Below are positions 17,789 through 26,232 of a DNA stretch of 35,994 nt, in pieces. Within the stretch, counting starts at the first letter, position 1. Every line of letters begins with the position of its first letter. Position numbers and translations under genes: made by a program. The stretch is from Anaerolineae bacterium (lineage in GTDB: Bacteria; Chloroflexota; Anaerolineae; JAADDB01), in NCBI GenBank assembly GCA_026983525.1, contig JALWHQ010000424.1:1-35994 (forward strand), written 5' to 3'. Below the pieces are notes generated by a model. It was not told the origin of the DNA, searched no databases, and saw only the letters and a list, made by a program, of their open reading frames with translations.

Positions 17789-19217
17789 AGGGCCACGTAC
17801 TCCGTTGCACTGGCTGCGCTTCGTTGTCCTGGCGCTGGATATCGTGTTGGTCAATGTGGCCTTTGGCTTGGCCTACATCATTCGATATCGCTTGCAGTGG
17901 TTTCGCGCGGTCGACCCGGCTTATTACACCGATTTCTCCGCGTACCTTCCCTTTGCCGCTCTCCTCACTTTGCTCCTGATTTCTGCCTACGCGATGGAGG
18001 GACTGTACGGGGAACAGCGAGGGCGCCGCTTCTGGGATGACTTCTACGGTATTTTCAACGGCACGATGACGGGTCTGGGCATCACGATAATCATCGTCTT
18101 CTTCTGGCGGCCGCTCTTTTATTCCCGCCTGATTTTTGCTTACACGGCTGTCCTCGTCATCACCCTGTTGAGTATAGAACGGATTATTTTGCGCGCGGTG
18201 TTGGCGTGGTTGCGCAAACGAGGGGTAGGGGTGGCGCGTGTGGTCGTGGTGGGCGCGGGTGAACTGGGGCGCATGGTCATGCGCAACGTGGTGGCCAATC
18301 CTGACTTGGGATACAAAGTGGTCGGCTTCCTGGATGATAACCCGGGGAAGACCGCGGATATCGGTCCCATTCGTGCCCTGGGGAGCATCGATCGGCTTCC
18401 CGAGGTCCTGAAGACAGAAGATATCGATGAGGTGATTATCACGTTGCCGTGGCATTCGTATCGGCGCATTATGCGGGTAATGGCACAAAGCGAGCGCGCG
18501 GGCGTGCGGGCGCGGGTCGTCCCCGACCTTTTCCAGTTGCGGTTGGGACGCGTCGAGGTGGACACTCTGAACGGTATTCCACTTATTGGTCTCCGCGAAA
18601 TGCAATTGTCCAAACACCAACTGATCATCAAGCGGGGCATGGACGTGGTCCTTTCCGCCTTCGCTCTCATTGCCCTGTTGCCCCTTATGGGGCTCATCGC
18701 CTTGGCCATCAAGGTGGATTCACCCCACGGTCCGGTTCTCTTCCGTCAAGTGCGTATCGGCAAGAACGGCCGTCCCTTCCACCTGTACAAGTTCCGTTCC
18801 ATGATTCCCGAGGCCGACCTGATCAAGCAACATCTGAAGGACCTGAACGAGGCCGATGGTCCTCTGTTCAAAATTCGGAACGATCCTCGCCTGACGCGCG
18901 TGGGCCGCATTTTGCGCCGTTTTAGCCTGGACGAATTGCCCCAACTGGTCAACGTGTTGCGCGGGGAGATGAGCCTGGTGGGGCCCCGGCCCGCACTGCC
19001 CGAGGAAGTGGCCCATTACGAACCCTGGCACCACAAGCGCCTCACCGTCACCCCCGGCATTACGGGGCTGTGGCAAATCAGTGGCCGCAGCGATCTCAGT
19101 TTCGATGAGATGATGCTTTTGGATGTGTATTACGTGGAGAACTGGTCACTCTTGCTGGATTTGCGCATTTTGCTCCTCACAATCCCTAAAGTTATCTTAG
19201 GGGAAGGGGCCTATTGA
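17781..19217 (+). CDS. Polyprenyl-phosphate glycosyl-1-phosphate transferase (WbaP/EpsB-type exopolysaccharide priming enzyme)
   Basis: It has an N-terminal TM helix bundle, a Rossmann-like VVVVGAGELG, and the C-terminal sugar-transferase motifs GPVLFRQVRIGKNGRPF.LYKFRSM and LDELPQLVNVLRGEMSLVGPRP. It overlaps the preceding GT4 gene by 8 nt. Confidence 0.88.
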   Translation: MNKGPRTPLHWLRFVVLALDIVLVNVAFGLAYIIRYRLQWFRAVDPAYYTDFSAYLPFAALLTLLLISAYAMEGLYGEQRGRRFWDDFYGIFNGTMTGLGITIIIVFFWRPLFYSRLIFAYTAVLVITLLSIERIILRAVLAWLRKRGVGVARVVVVGAGELGRMVMRNVVANPDLGYKVVGFLDDNPGKTADIGPIRALGSIDRLPEVLKTEDIDEVIITLPWHSYRRIMRVMAQSERAGVRARVVPDLFQLRLGRVEVDTLNGIPLIGLREMQLSKHQLIIKRGMDVVLSAFALIALLPLMGLIALAIKVDSPHGPVLFRQVRIGKNGRPFHLYKFRSMIPEADLIKQHLKDLNEADGPLFKIRNDPRLTRVGRILRRFSLDELPQLVNVLRGEMSLVGPRPALPEEVAHYEPWHHKRLTVTPGITGLWQISGRSDLSFDEMMLLDVYYVENWSLLLDLRILLLTIPKVILGEGAY

Positions 19218-19279
19218 CACACGAGTACGCCCACCAACTCCGTTCGGCACCTTACCCCACTTTTTTAGGAGAGCAAACG

Positions 19280-20455
19280 GTGGCACGTCACGATTATGAG
19301 GAACAGGTCATTGCATTGGCCCGGGATCTGGTACGCTTGCCCAGCCTTTCGGGACAGGAAGAACGCGTGGCCCAACGCCTGGCCGAGGAGATGGAGCGCC
19401 TGAATTTCGACCGGGTGTGGATCGATCCGGTGGGAAACGTCATCGGCCAGGTGGGAACAGGTGAGCCCCCCATCCTGATCTTCAATGGGCACATGGATAC
19501 CGTGGGGGTTGGCGATCCTCGCGCTTGGGAGCTCGATCCATTTGGTGGTGAGATTGTGGACGGCTATCTCTACGGCCGGGGCTCCGTGGATATGAAGGGG
19601 CCGCTGGCGGCCATGGTGTACGGCGCTCATCTTCTACATACCCGCGGGCTTCCCCAAGGCACCCTGTACGTGGTCGGGGTCGTTCAGGAGGAGCCCCGGG
19701 AAGGCATGGCCATGAAGTACTTGCTCACCGAGAACGACATCGAACCTGATTTCGTGCTTTTGGGAGAACCCTCCAATTTTCATGTGAAGCGTGGGCATCG
19801 AGGACGCCTGGAGATTCGCGTGGTCACATATGGGCGGGCTTGCCACGCATCGAACCCCAGCGCGGGGGAAAATGCGCTCTACGCAGCGGCGCGCATCATC
19901 TTCGGTATCGAACTGTTGGCCGCACACCTGCCGAGCGACCCGGTGCTGGGCCCGGGTACCCTTGCCGTCACCCACCTGGAGACGTTCTCCGCCAGCCGCA
20001 ATGCCATACCCGATAGGACCGAGATGGTCATCGATCGGCGTCTTACGTTAGGGGAAACAGAGGTCAAGGCGGTGGCGGAGATTCAAAGCATTGTGCAGAA
20101 GGAGGGAGCCCGGGCGGACGTGTTCGTGCCCGAATACGAGGCGGAAAGTTATACCCATTACCGCTTGCGAGGACGGGAATACTATCCCGCTTGGTTGCTA
20201 CCGGAGGATCATCCCTTTTTGCGCCGGGTCTTGCGGGGCGCGGAGCGCGCTTTAGGCATGAAACCCGAAGTAGGTACGTGGGCTTTCTCCACCGACGGGG
20301 TGTACACGATGGGCGAAGCGGGCATTCCCACGGTAGGTTTTGGCCCCGGGGAGGAGGAGCAAGCCCACACCGCCGACGAACGCATCGCCGTGCGGGACAT
20401 CGTGCGCGCGGTTGAAGCCTATGCTGCCATCGCGCGGGAGGTACTTCATCCATGA
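19280..20455 (+). CDS. M20-family metallohydrolase (ArgE/DapE/YgeY-like deacylase)
   Basis: Motifs seen: LVRLPSLSGQEE, ILIFNGHMDTVGVGD, YGRGSVDMKG and a C-terminal GPGEEEQAHTADE. The GTG at 19280 follows AGGAGAG at 19267-19273. The longest ORF starts with a TTG at 19214, which would overlap the upstream stop by 4 nt. Confidence 0.8.
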   Translation: MARHDYEEQVIALARDLVRLPSLSGQEERVAQRLAEEMERLNFDRVWIDPVGNVIGQVGTGEPPILIFNGHMDTVGVGDPRAWELDPFGGEIVDGYLYGRGSVDMKGPLAAMVYGAHLLHTRGLPQGTLYVVGVVQEEPREGMAMKYLLTENDIEPDFVLLGEPSNFHVKRGHRGRLEIRVVTYGRACHASNPSAGENALYAAARIIFGIELLAAHLPSDPVLGPGTLAVTHLETFSASRNAIPDRTEMVIDRRLTLGETEVKAVAEIQSIVQKEGARADVFVPEYEAESYTHYRLRGREYYPAWLLPEDHPFLRRVLRGAERALGMKPEVGTWAFSTDGVYTMGEAGIPTVGFGPGEEEQAHTADERIAVRDIVRAVEAYAAIAREVLHP

Positions 20456-21666
20456 CCGTTAAAACAGGACGTCCGCTGAACGTTCTTATCCTCTATTCGA
20501 ACACTGGAGGTGGGCATCGAGCCTCGGCAGAGGCCTTGCGCCAAGAATTCTTGCGTCGCAATCCAGGGCATCAGGTAAGGCTGGAGGATATTCTTTTACA
20601 CCGCACATTTTGGCCTTTGTCGGAAAGCGATCGATTTTACTTCTGGATGGTCAACAAAGCTCCTTGGGCCTGGAAAGCTCTCTATGCTTCCGTTGCTCGG
20701 CGTGAAATTTACACGACGTTGCATCGCACTTTAGCACCTATCATAGGGCCGCGCGTACGACGTATTTATGAAACCTTCTTACCCGACCTTGTCGTTGCTG
20801 CTCATCCCTTGCTCAATCACCTGCCTCGGCGTGTGCTGCGTCGTTGGGAAGAAGGCAATACTCGGACTCCTATTCCCTTTGCCACCGTTATTACCGACTT
20901 GACCACATTCCATCCTGCGTGGGTCGATCCTGAGGTTGACCTGATCACCGTGGCGACTGAGGAAGCCCAGCGCAATGTGCTGCACTTGGGTGCCCCGTCA
21001 TATAAGGTGCGGATTCTCGGCCTCCCCATTCGTGAATCGTTCAGTCACGTGCCCGAGGACAAGCACCGGTTGCGTAAAGAGTTAGGACTCATTCCCGGTT
21101 TGCCGGTTATATTGCTGATGAGTGGGGGACAAGGCATGGGACCGGTGGAGAAAATCGCTTCTGCTATTGCCCATGCAAATTTGAGGGCTCAGCTGGTCAT
21201 TGTGTGTGGTCGCAACGATGCTCTCATGCGACGTTTGAAAGCGCGTGGTTGGCCTATTCCTACACGGGTGTTAGGCTTTGTGGAGGATGTTCACTTGTGG
21301 ATGGGGGCCAGTGATGTACTGGTGACGAAGGCGGGGCCAGGTACGATAGCGGAGGCCCTGGTTTGTGGGCTGCCCATGATCTTGTACAGCTACATTCCAG
21401 GACAAGAAGAAGGGAATGTTGTGTTTGTTGAGAAACGGCACATTGGCGCTTACATAACGGATGCTCGCCGGATTGCACAAACTCTTGCCCGGTGGCTTCG
21501 TCGGCCAGACGATTATTTATATCCAATGGCAAAACGGGCTCGCGCTCTTGGTCGACCAAACGCTACGCGTGACATTGTAGACGCCTTGCTATCTTTAGTG
21601 AATACATCCACAAGAGGAAAGTCTCGTGCCATCCGTAGAGACATTTCCCCTCTCGCTTCAGCGTAA
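20452..21666 (+). CDS. GT28-family glycosyltransferase (MGDG-synthase/UgtP-like diacylglycerol glycosyltransferase)
   Basis: The N-terminal ILYSNTGGGHRASAEALRQEF resembles the MGDG_synth motif, and the C-terminal TKAGPGTIAEAL..GLPMIL...IPGQEEGN resembles the GT28 C-terminal domain. An ATGA overlap joins it to the M20 gene stop. Confidence 0.8.
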   Translation: MTVKTGRPLNVLILYSNTGGGHRASAEALRQEFLRRNPGHQVRLEDILLHRTFWPLSESDRFYFWMVNKAPWAWKALYASVARREIYTTLHRTLAPIIGPRVRRIYETFLPDLVVAAHPLLNHLPRRVLRRWEEGNTRTPIPFATVITDLTTFHPAWVDPEVDLITVATEEAQRNVLHLGAPSYKVRILGLPIRESFSHVPEDKHRLRKELGLIPGLPVILLMSGGQGMGPVEKIASAIAHANLRAQLVIVCGRNDALMRRLKARGWPIPTRVLGFVEDVHLWMGASDVLVTKAGPGTIAEALVCGLPMILYSYIPGQEEGNVVFVEKRHIGAYITDARRIAQTLARWLRRPDDYLYPMAKRARALGRPNATRDIVDALLSLVNTSTRGKSRAIRRDISPLASA

Positions 21667-21681
21667 GGGTGACATGCTGTC

Positions 21682-22140
21682 TTAACCCGATGCAGTTGAT
21701 CCTTCTTCGCGCGCCTCTCGCCAGCGGGAAACGATGAGCCTCAAAATATCAGAGGTAGTAATAATGCCGCAGAGGCTTTGGGTTTCATCCAATACCGGAA
21801 GTCCCCCTATTTTCTTTTCGATGAGAATTTCCGCAGCCTGCCAGATGGGGGTGTCTTCAGAGACCGTGATCGGGTTAGGGGTCATGGCTTCTTCTACAGT
21901 CAACCAGTGTTCTGTGGCTTCAGGTGCATAGGGGTTGATGGTTGCCTTAATAGCGGAGGCTTCCCGCAAGTCTCCCTCGGTGATAATGCCCACCAAATGC
22001 CCCTCATTGTCAACTACGGGCAGGCGGCGTACACCACGTTCTTCCATAAGGGCTTGGGCTTCTTCTACCGTGGCATCCTCACGAATGACTACAACGGGGC
22101 TGCTCATGATCTCCCGCACACGCGTCTCTTGGATGTGCAT
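21682..22140 (-). CDS. CBS-domain pair protein
   Basis: 152 aa with two CBS repeats: IMSSPVVVIREDATVEEAQALMEERGVRRLPVVDNEGHLVGIITEGDL and MTPNPITVSEDTPIWQAAEILIEKKIGGLPVLDE...GIITTSDI. Confidence 0.85.
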   Translation of the reverse strand: MHIQETRVREIMSSPVVVIREDATVEEAQALMEERGVRRLPVVDNEGHLVGIITEGDLREASAIKATINPYAPEATEHWLTVEEAMTPNPITVSEDTPIWQAAEILIEKKIGGLPVLDETQSLCGIITTSDILRLIVSRWREAREEGSTASG

Positions 22141-22183
22141 TTCTCCCTCCTCCCCCGTTACGAGATCCCTAAATACAACGATT

Positions 22184-23320
22184 TTAGCGACGACTGAGCA
22201 CCGGTGGCACGCCTATGTCATAAGCCAAATGGCGGTAAAGGGAGACGGTTTCCTCGGCGATGCGTTGATGGGTAAAGTAAGTTAGCACACGCTCCCGCCC
22301 TCGCCGTCCTAAGATGGTACGCAGATCCGCATCTTCCATAAGCACTTGCAAGTGATGTTGCAGTGTGATGGCATCTTCCTCCGGAAAAATCAGTCCTGCA
22401 TCCCCAATCACGTGAGGAATTTCCCCGCAGGTGGATCCCACAACCGGTACTTGACAGGCCATTGCTTCGATAAGCACCCGCCCAAATTGCTCTATCCAGT
22501 TTGGTCGACTGCGCGATGGGAGGACAAAAACGTCCAGACGTTGGTAGAACGTCGGCATTTCAACGCTGGGGATACGTGGCTGCCAATGCACTTGTTGGGT
22601 AAGGCCAAGTTCCTCGGCCAAACGTTTCAATGCGTGCTGTTCGGGGCCTTCTCCTACAATGTGCAGTTGCCATTCTCCGCGCAATCCCGCAACCGCGCGA
22701 AGCAACACATCAATGCCCTTTTCTGGCACGAGTCGTCCGGCAAACCCTATGGTGAAAGGTCTGTTGTCTTTTGCCTGTATGGGTGCAGGGTGAAAGAGAT
22801 CGGGATCCACACCAAACTGGGGAATCACGCGTATAGGGCCCCGAAATCCTTTTGAGCGTAAGACCTTAAGTGCTCCTTGGCTACCGGCAACAGCAAAATC
22901 TGCGTGCTGATAGACGTATTGTTCGAAGGAGGAGAAGGGAAATGGATATCGGCGATACAGGTTTTGCCAAGTAAAGAATATGCTCAAAATGCGCTGCGCG
23001 CGGGCGTGATGTACCGCGAGCCAGGTAGTAAAATTATACGGTTCCTCGTCGATATGGAAAACTTGGGGTCTGAGCCGCTTAAGTTCTCGTCCTAAGGTGG
23101 GGAAAAAATGAACATGATGGGATCCAGAGAAAACTATAGGAATCGTCTTTAGTGTGTACCCACGCGTGTAGACGCGCTCCAATACTTGCCGATTGTGACG
23201 CTCGCGCCAGTGAGGAGGCACAAGAACGATGAGTTCCACATCCGGATAGGCCGCAATTTCTTCCAGTTTCCGTTGGTATGCGCCGACCACACAAGCTTTG
23301 CATAGCATGACCACACGCAT
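22184..23320 (-). CDS. Glycosyltransferase family 4
   Basis: The motifs GRLVPEKGIDVLL and LPSRS...EQFGRVLIEAMACQVPVVGSTCGEIPHVIGD are present. The start is taken at the ATG at 23320 (MRVVMLCK), 7 nt after the upstream stop. Confidence 0.85.
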   Translation of the reverse strand: MRVVMLCKACVVGAYQRKLEEIAAYPDVELIVLVPPHWRERHNRQVLERVYTRGYTLKTIPIVFSGSHHVHFFPTLGRELKRLRPQVFHIDEEPYNFTTWLAVHHARAQRILSIFFTWQNLYRRYPFPFSSFEQYVYQHADFAVAGSQGALKVLRSKGFRGPIRVIPQFGVDPDLFHPAPIQAKDNRPFTIGFAGRLVPEKGIDVLLRAVAGLRGEWQLHIVGEGPEQHALKRLAEELGLTQQVHWQPRIPSVEMPTFYQRLDVFVLPSRSRPNWIEQFGRVLIEAMACQVPVVGSTCGEIPHVIGDAGLIFPEEDAITLQHHLQVLMEDADLRTILGRRGRERVLTYFTHQRIAEETVSLYRHLAYDIGVPPVLSRR

Positions 23321-23327
23321 TGATAAT

Positions 23328-24851
23328 TCAATAGCCCCCGTACACCCATTCTGAGAATACATCCTGCAAGGAGGTGTTGCTTACTGACTCAAACATCTGC
23401 TGAAGGTCGTGTGCAGTCGCCACTCGATATGCAAACCGTTCTCGATACTGACGCAGCGCTTTCAGGAACATTTCATCCCCGAGGCGCAGGCGCAGTGTGT
23501 GGAAGAAAAGAGCCCCCTTGCCGTACACGATGGTTTCGTAGTTGTCCAACGAGTAAGCCGTGGCAGGTAAGCCCAGGGGCGCATCCAAATCGCGCGACCG
23601 TACATAGTTCAGAGGAATCTCCCAGCGAGTTTTGCGCAAGCGTTCGGCGACGTCCCTGCCGTAGATGTACTCATAGTAAAAGTAGGTGCTGTATTCGGTC
23701 AACCCCTCGTCCAGCCAAGGTTCCCCTACCTGGTCGTTGCCCACCAGGTTGTACCACCATTGATGTCCAATTTCGTGCGCGGTTAGGAATTCCAGTTTAT
23801 CCCGTTCCTCGCGGAATAGGTAGGTCCCTAACAAGTTGAGGGTAGGATACTCCATTCCCCGGTTGAGCAAGCTTGCCTCGACCACATCTAACTTTACGAA
23901 GGGATAGGGGCCAAAGTAGCGTTGATAGACCCCCAATGCAGCGAGAGCGTAATGTAGCGCGGTTTGTGCGGCTCTTTCGTCGCCGGGGAGGTAGAAGACA
24001 CGTACTCGAAGGTCGTTCACAACTTGTTCTACATATTGGTAATTGCCCAGTAGTAGGGTGAACTCCCGGGCAGGCCCACTCACCAGTTCATAAGTAATTT
24101 GCTGTGTTGGCGTATGTGGCGTTGTGGCACGTACCACCGCGCTGCTGACCAGGGTCATGGTCGCGGGCACCGTTGCCCACACGTGGTAGAAGGCCGCCTC
24201 CGCGCTCAACGCATCCCCCAAGGGGATTCCATCACTCAGGACCCATGAGCCATCGGACTTGGGAAGGGCCAGAATAGGATATGCCAGTGGGAGGGCAACG
24301 ATACCCTTGTATTCCCCAAAGAGCCAATAGCCATCCCGTATGTGGCGCGGATAACGAACACGGTAACGGATATCCATAGAGGTTGTCTCTTGGGGAAGTA
24401 GTAACGTTGGGAGGTTGATGAGAGCGGCCGTTCCGGATTCGATTGAAGCGAAGGGTAGCGGCTCGCCTTGGGATGTTACCGATAAAAGTTCGAGGCTATT
24501 GCCGCCACCGTAGTGGGCAAGGTTGGGGTATAGACGTAAAGCCACATCTGACCAAGGAGATTCGGTACGATTGGTGACAGTGATGGAAGCTGTGCCAGTA
24601 ATGAGCCGTCTACTCACGTCCACTGTAAAGCGTAGAGTATAGCGAGGGGCACTCTGTAAAACAGGCGTATCAAGTTCGCTCCAAAAAGCACGCCGCAATG
24701 CCGGGTGTTGGTCTGCCAACGGGTGGGAGGGCACATCTTGCCAGGGCAATTGGGGCAAAAACGCGCATGCAGCTACCCCTCCTACGAGCCAGGGAAGCAG
24801 CATCAGGAGCATGAGACGTAATAGACGGCTTGGAAATAGGCTCTTTTTCAT
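23328..24851 (-). CDS. Secreted or membrane-anchored M1-family zinc metallopeptidase (aminopeptidase N-like)
   Basis: The gluzincin signature HEIGHQWWYNLVGNDQVGEPWLDEGLTEY (HExxH-x18-E) is present. The ATG at 24851 gives the signal-peptide-like N-terminus MKKSLFPSRLLRLMLLMLLPWLVGGVAACAF. Confidence 0.82.
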   Translation of the reverse strand: MKKSLFPSRLLRLMLLMLLPWLVGGVAACAFLPQLPWQDVPSHPLADQHPALRRAFWSELDTPVLQSAPRYTLRFTVDVSRRLITGTASITVTNRTESPWSDVALRLYPNLAHYGGGNSLELLSVTSQGEPLPFASIESGTAALINLPTLLLPQETTSMDIRYRVRYPRHIRDGYWLFGEYKGIVALPLAYPILALPKSDGSWVLSDGIPLGDALSAEAAFYHVWATVPATMTLVSSAVVRATTPHTPTQQITYELVSGPAREFTLLLGNYQYVEQVVNDLRVRVFYLPGDERAAQTALHYALAALGVYQRYFGPYPFVKLDVVEASLLNRGMEYPTLNLLGTYLFREERDKLEFLTAHEIGHQWWYNLVGNDQVGEPWLDEGLTEYSTYFYYEYIYGRDVAERLRKTRWEIPLNYVRSRDLDAPLGLPATAYSLDNYETIVYGKGALFFHTLRLRLGDEMFLKALRQYRERFAYRVATAHDLQQMFESVSNTSLQDVFSEWVYGGY

Positions 24852-24915
24852 AAATGGTGTGCTCTGTGCTTCTTGAGCGGCAACGTGCAATCGCACGGTT
24901 CGGTAAAGTGTTCCA

Positions 24916-26226
24916 TCAGCTATTTGTCTTTGTAGGGACAAGGTTTCTGTGGGACCTATACATCACAACCAATACGCCCACGCCCACAAGCACTACCAGC
25001 AGAGAGAACAGCCACCCTACATAGGGCAAACTGGTCAACATCACGTAGAGAAGCGTACCCAGCACCACAGGGGGTAACCACCACCACGTACCCCGATCAA
25101 GTTTGTGGAGGAGGGCGTAGGGCACGAATATTGGGGCTACCAGGTTCACGTAAGCGAGATAAGCGATAACGAGGAGAATATCTGTAGCCAAAGCTATTAC
25201 GATGGTCCACTTTGCAAGTTGGGAAAGGGTCACTAAGCTGAACACTAATGCGAGAAGCCCTCCTACAATTATCGAGCCAATGAGTGAGGCAATCAATGTA
25301 GCGACAAAGACAATGCCCCATCCCAGAGAGGCCAAGGGTTTGCGAGCGATGGTCGTTCCCACCTGGCGGGATTGGATGGGTAAGGTTAGGAAAAGGACAG
25401 CACCTGTTAGAAGTAGAGTCAACCAGCGCCGGAATTGCTCGATAGCCCAAGGCATAGAGCCAAATTGTGGGGGTTGTGTTTCTTGCGTAGGCGGAGGCGG
25501 CAACCGATGATTGACCTTCCCCTCGATGCGGGCTTGCGGGGAAATGACGGCTTCTTGTACGGATTCGTATGTCAAATTGCCACCCACTCGCGCCCCATCC
25601 CCTATGGTAAGACCGGCCGGCACTGCAGGAATGGTCACGCCGGCAGGAGCCATGAGCGATCCCCAGAGGGCGGGCGGAGGGCCACCACGCTCGCCAACAC
25701 TCGCTCTGACATCGCCTTCCACGGTACCGTGAATGGCCACGCTGTTCGCGCCCACGTATACGTCCTCGCGCACATCGCCACTCACCACGACCTGGTAAGC
25801 CCCAACGAGGAGGCTCCCTCCCACGGTGCTCCCTTTGGCGACTTCCATGGAGAAACACGCGGCCATCACGTCATCACCAACTTCGGGAGCGGCCACGCGA
25901 ATGACCTGGCCTGCAGCCCGAATGTCATCCTCCACGATTCCCTGGATGTCCACAACCTGCGCGCCCACAACCAGGTCGCCGGTAATACGGGCACCCGAAT
26001 CCACGATGACGCGCTGAGCCGCAGCGTACACGTCCCCTTCAACCGTGCCGCGAATGATCACTTCCCGAGCGGTGATGTAAAGGTCGTCGGCTATGACCTC
26101 ATCCGGCTCGATGACGACCCGCTCCCCACCGACAAAGCGCAGGGCATAGACGGTAGAGAGTGTGCCGAGGACAAGGAAGAGCACACCGACCAGCAGGAGC
26201 ACGGAAATGCTTCGCCGACGAAGCAT
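24916..26226 (-). CDS. Membrane protein with a bactofilin-like (polymer-forming cytoskeletal, beta-helical repeat) domain and a C-terminal multi-TM domain
   Basis: An N-terminal TM (RRRSISVLLLVGVLFLVLG) is followed by repeated hydrophobic/Gly/Asp turns (IIRGTVEGDVYAAAQRVIVDSGARITGDLVVGAQVVDIQGIVEDDI..., VVSGDVREDVYVGANSVAIHGTVEGDV...) and then about five hydrophobic helices. The start at 26226 is 6 nt after the parB stop, behind GGGAGGTGAGG. Confidence 0.65.
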   Translation of the reverse strand: MLRRRSISVLLLVGVLFLVLGTLSTVYALRFVGGERVVIEPDEVIADDLYITAREVIIRGTVEGDVYAAAQRVIVDSGARITGDLVVGAQVVDIQGIVEDDIRAAGQVIRVAAPEVGDDVMAACFSMEVAKGSTVGGSLLVGAYQVVVSGDVREDVYVGANSVAIHGTVEGDVRASVGERGGPPPALWGSLMAPAGVTIPAVPAGLTIGDGARVGGNLTYESVQEAVISPQARIEGKVNHRLPPPPTQETQPPQFGSMPWAIEQFRRWLTLLLTGAVLFLTLPIQSRQVGTTIARKPLASLGWGIVFVATLIASLIGSIIVGGLLALVFSLVTLSQLAKWTIVIALATDILLVIAYLAYVNLVAPIFVPYALLHKLDRGTWWWLPPVVLGTLLYVMLTSLPYVGWLFSLLVVLVGVGVLVVMYRSHRNLVPTKTNS

Positions 26227-26232
26227 AGCACC

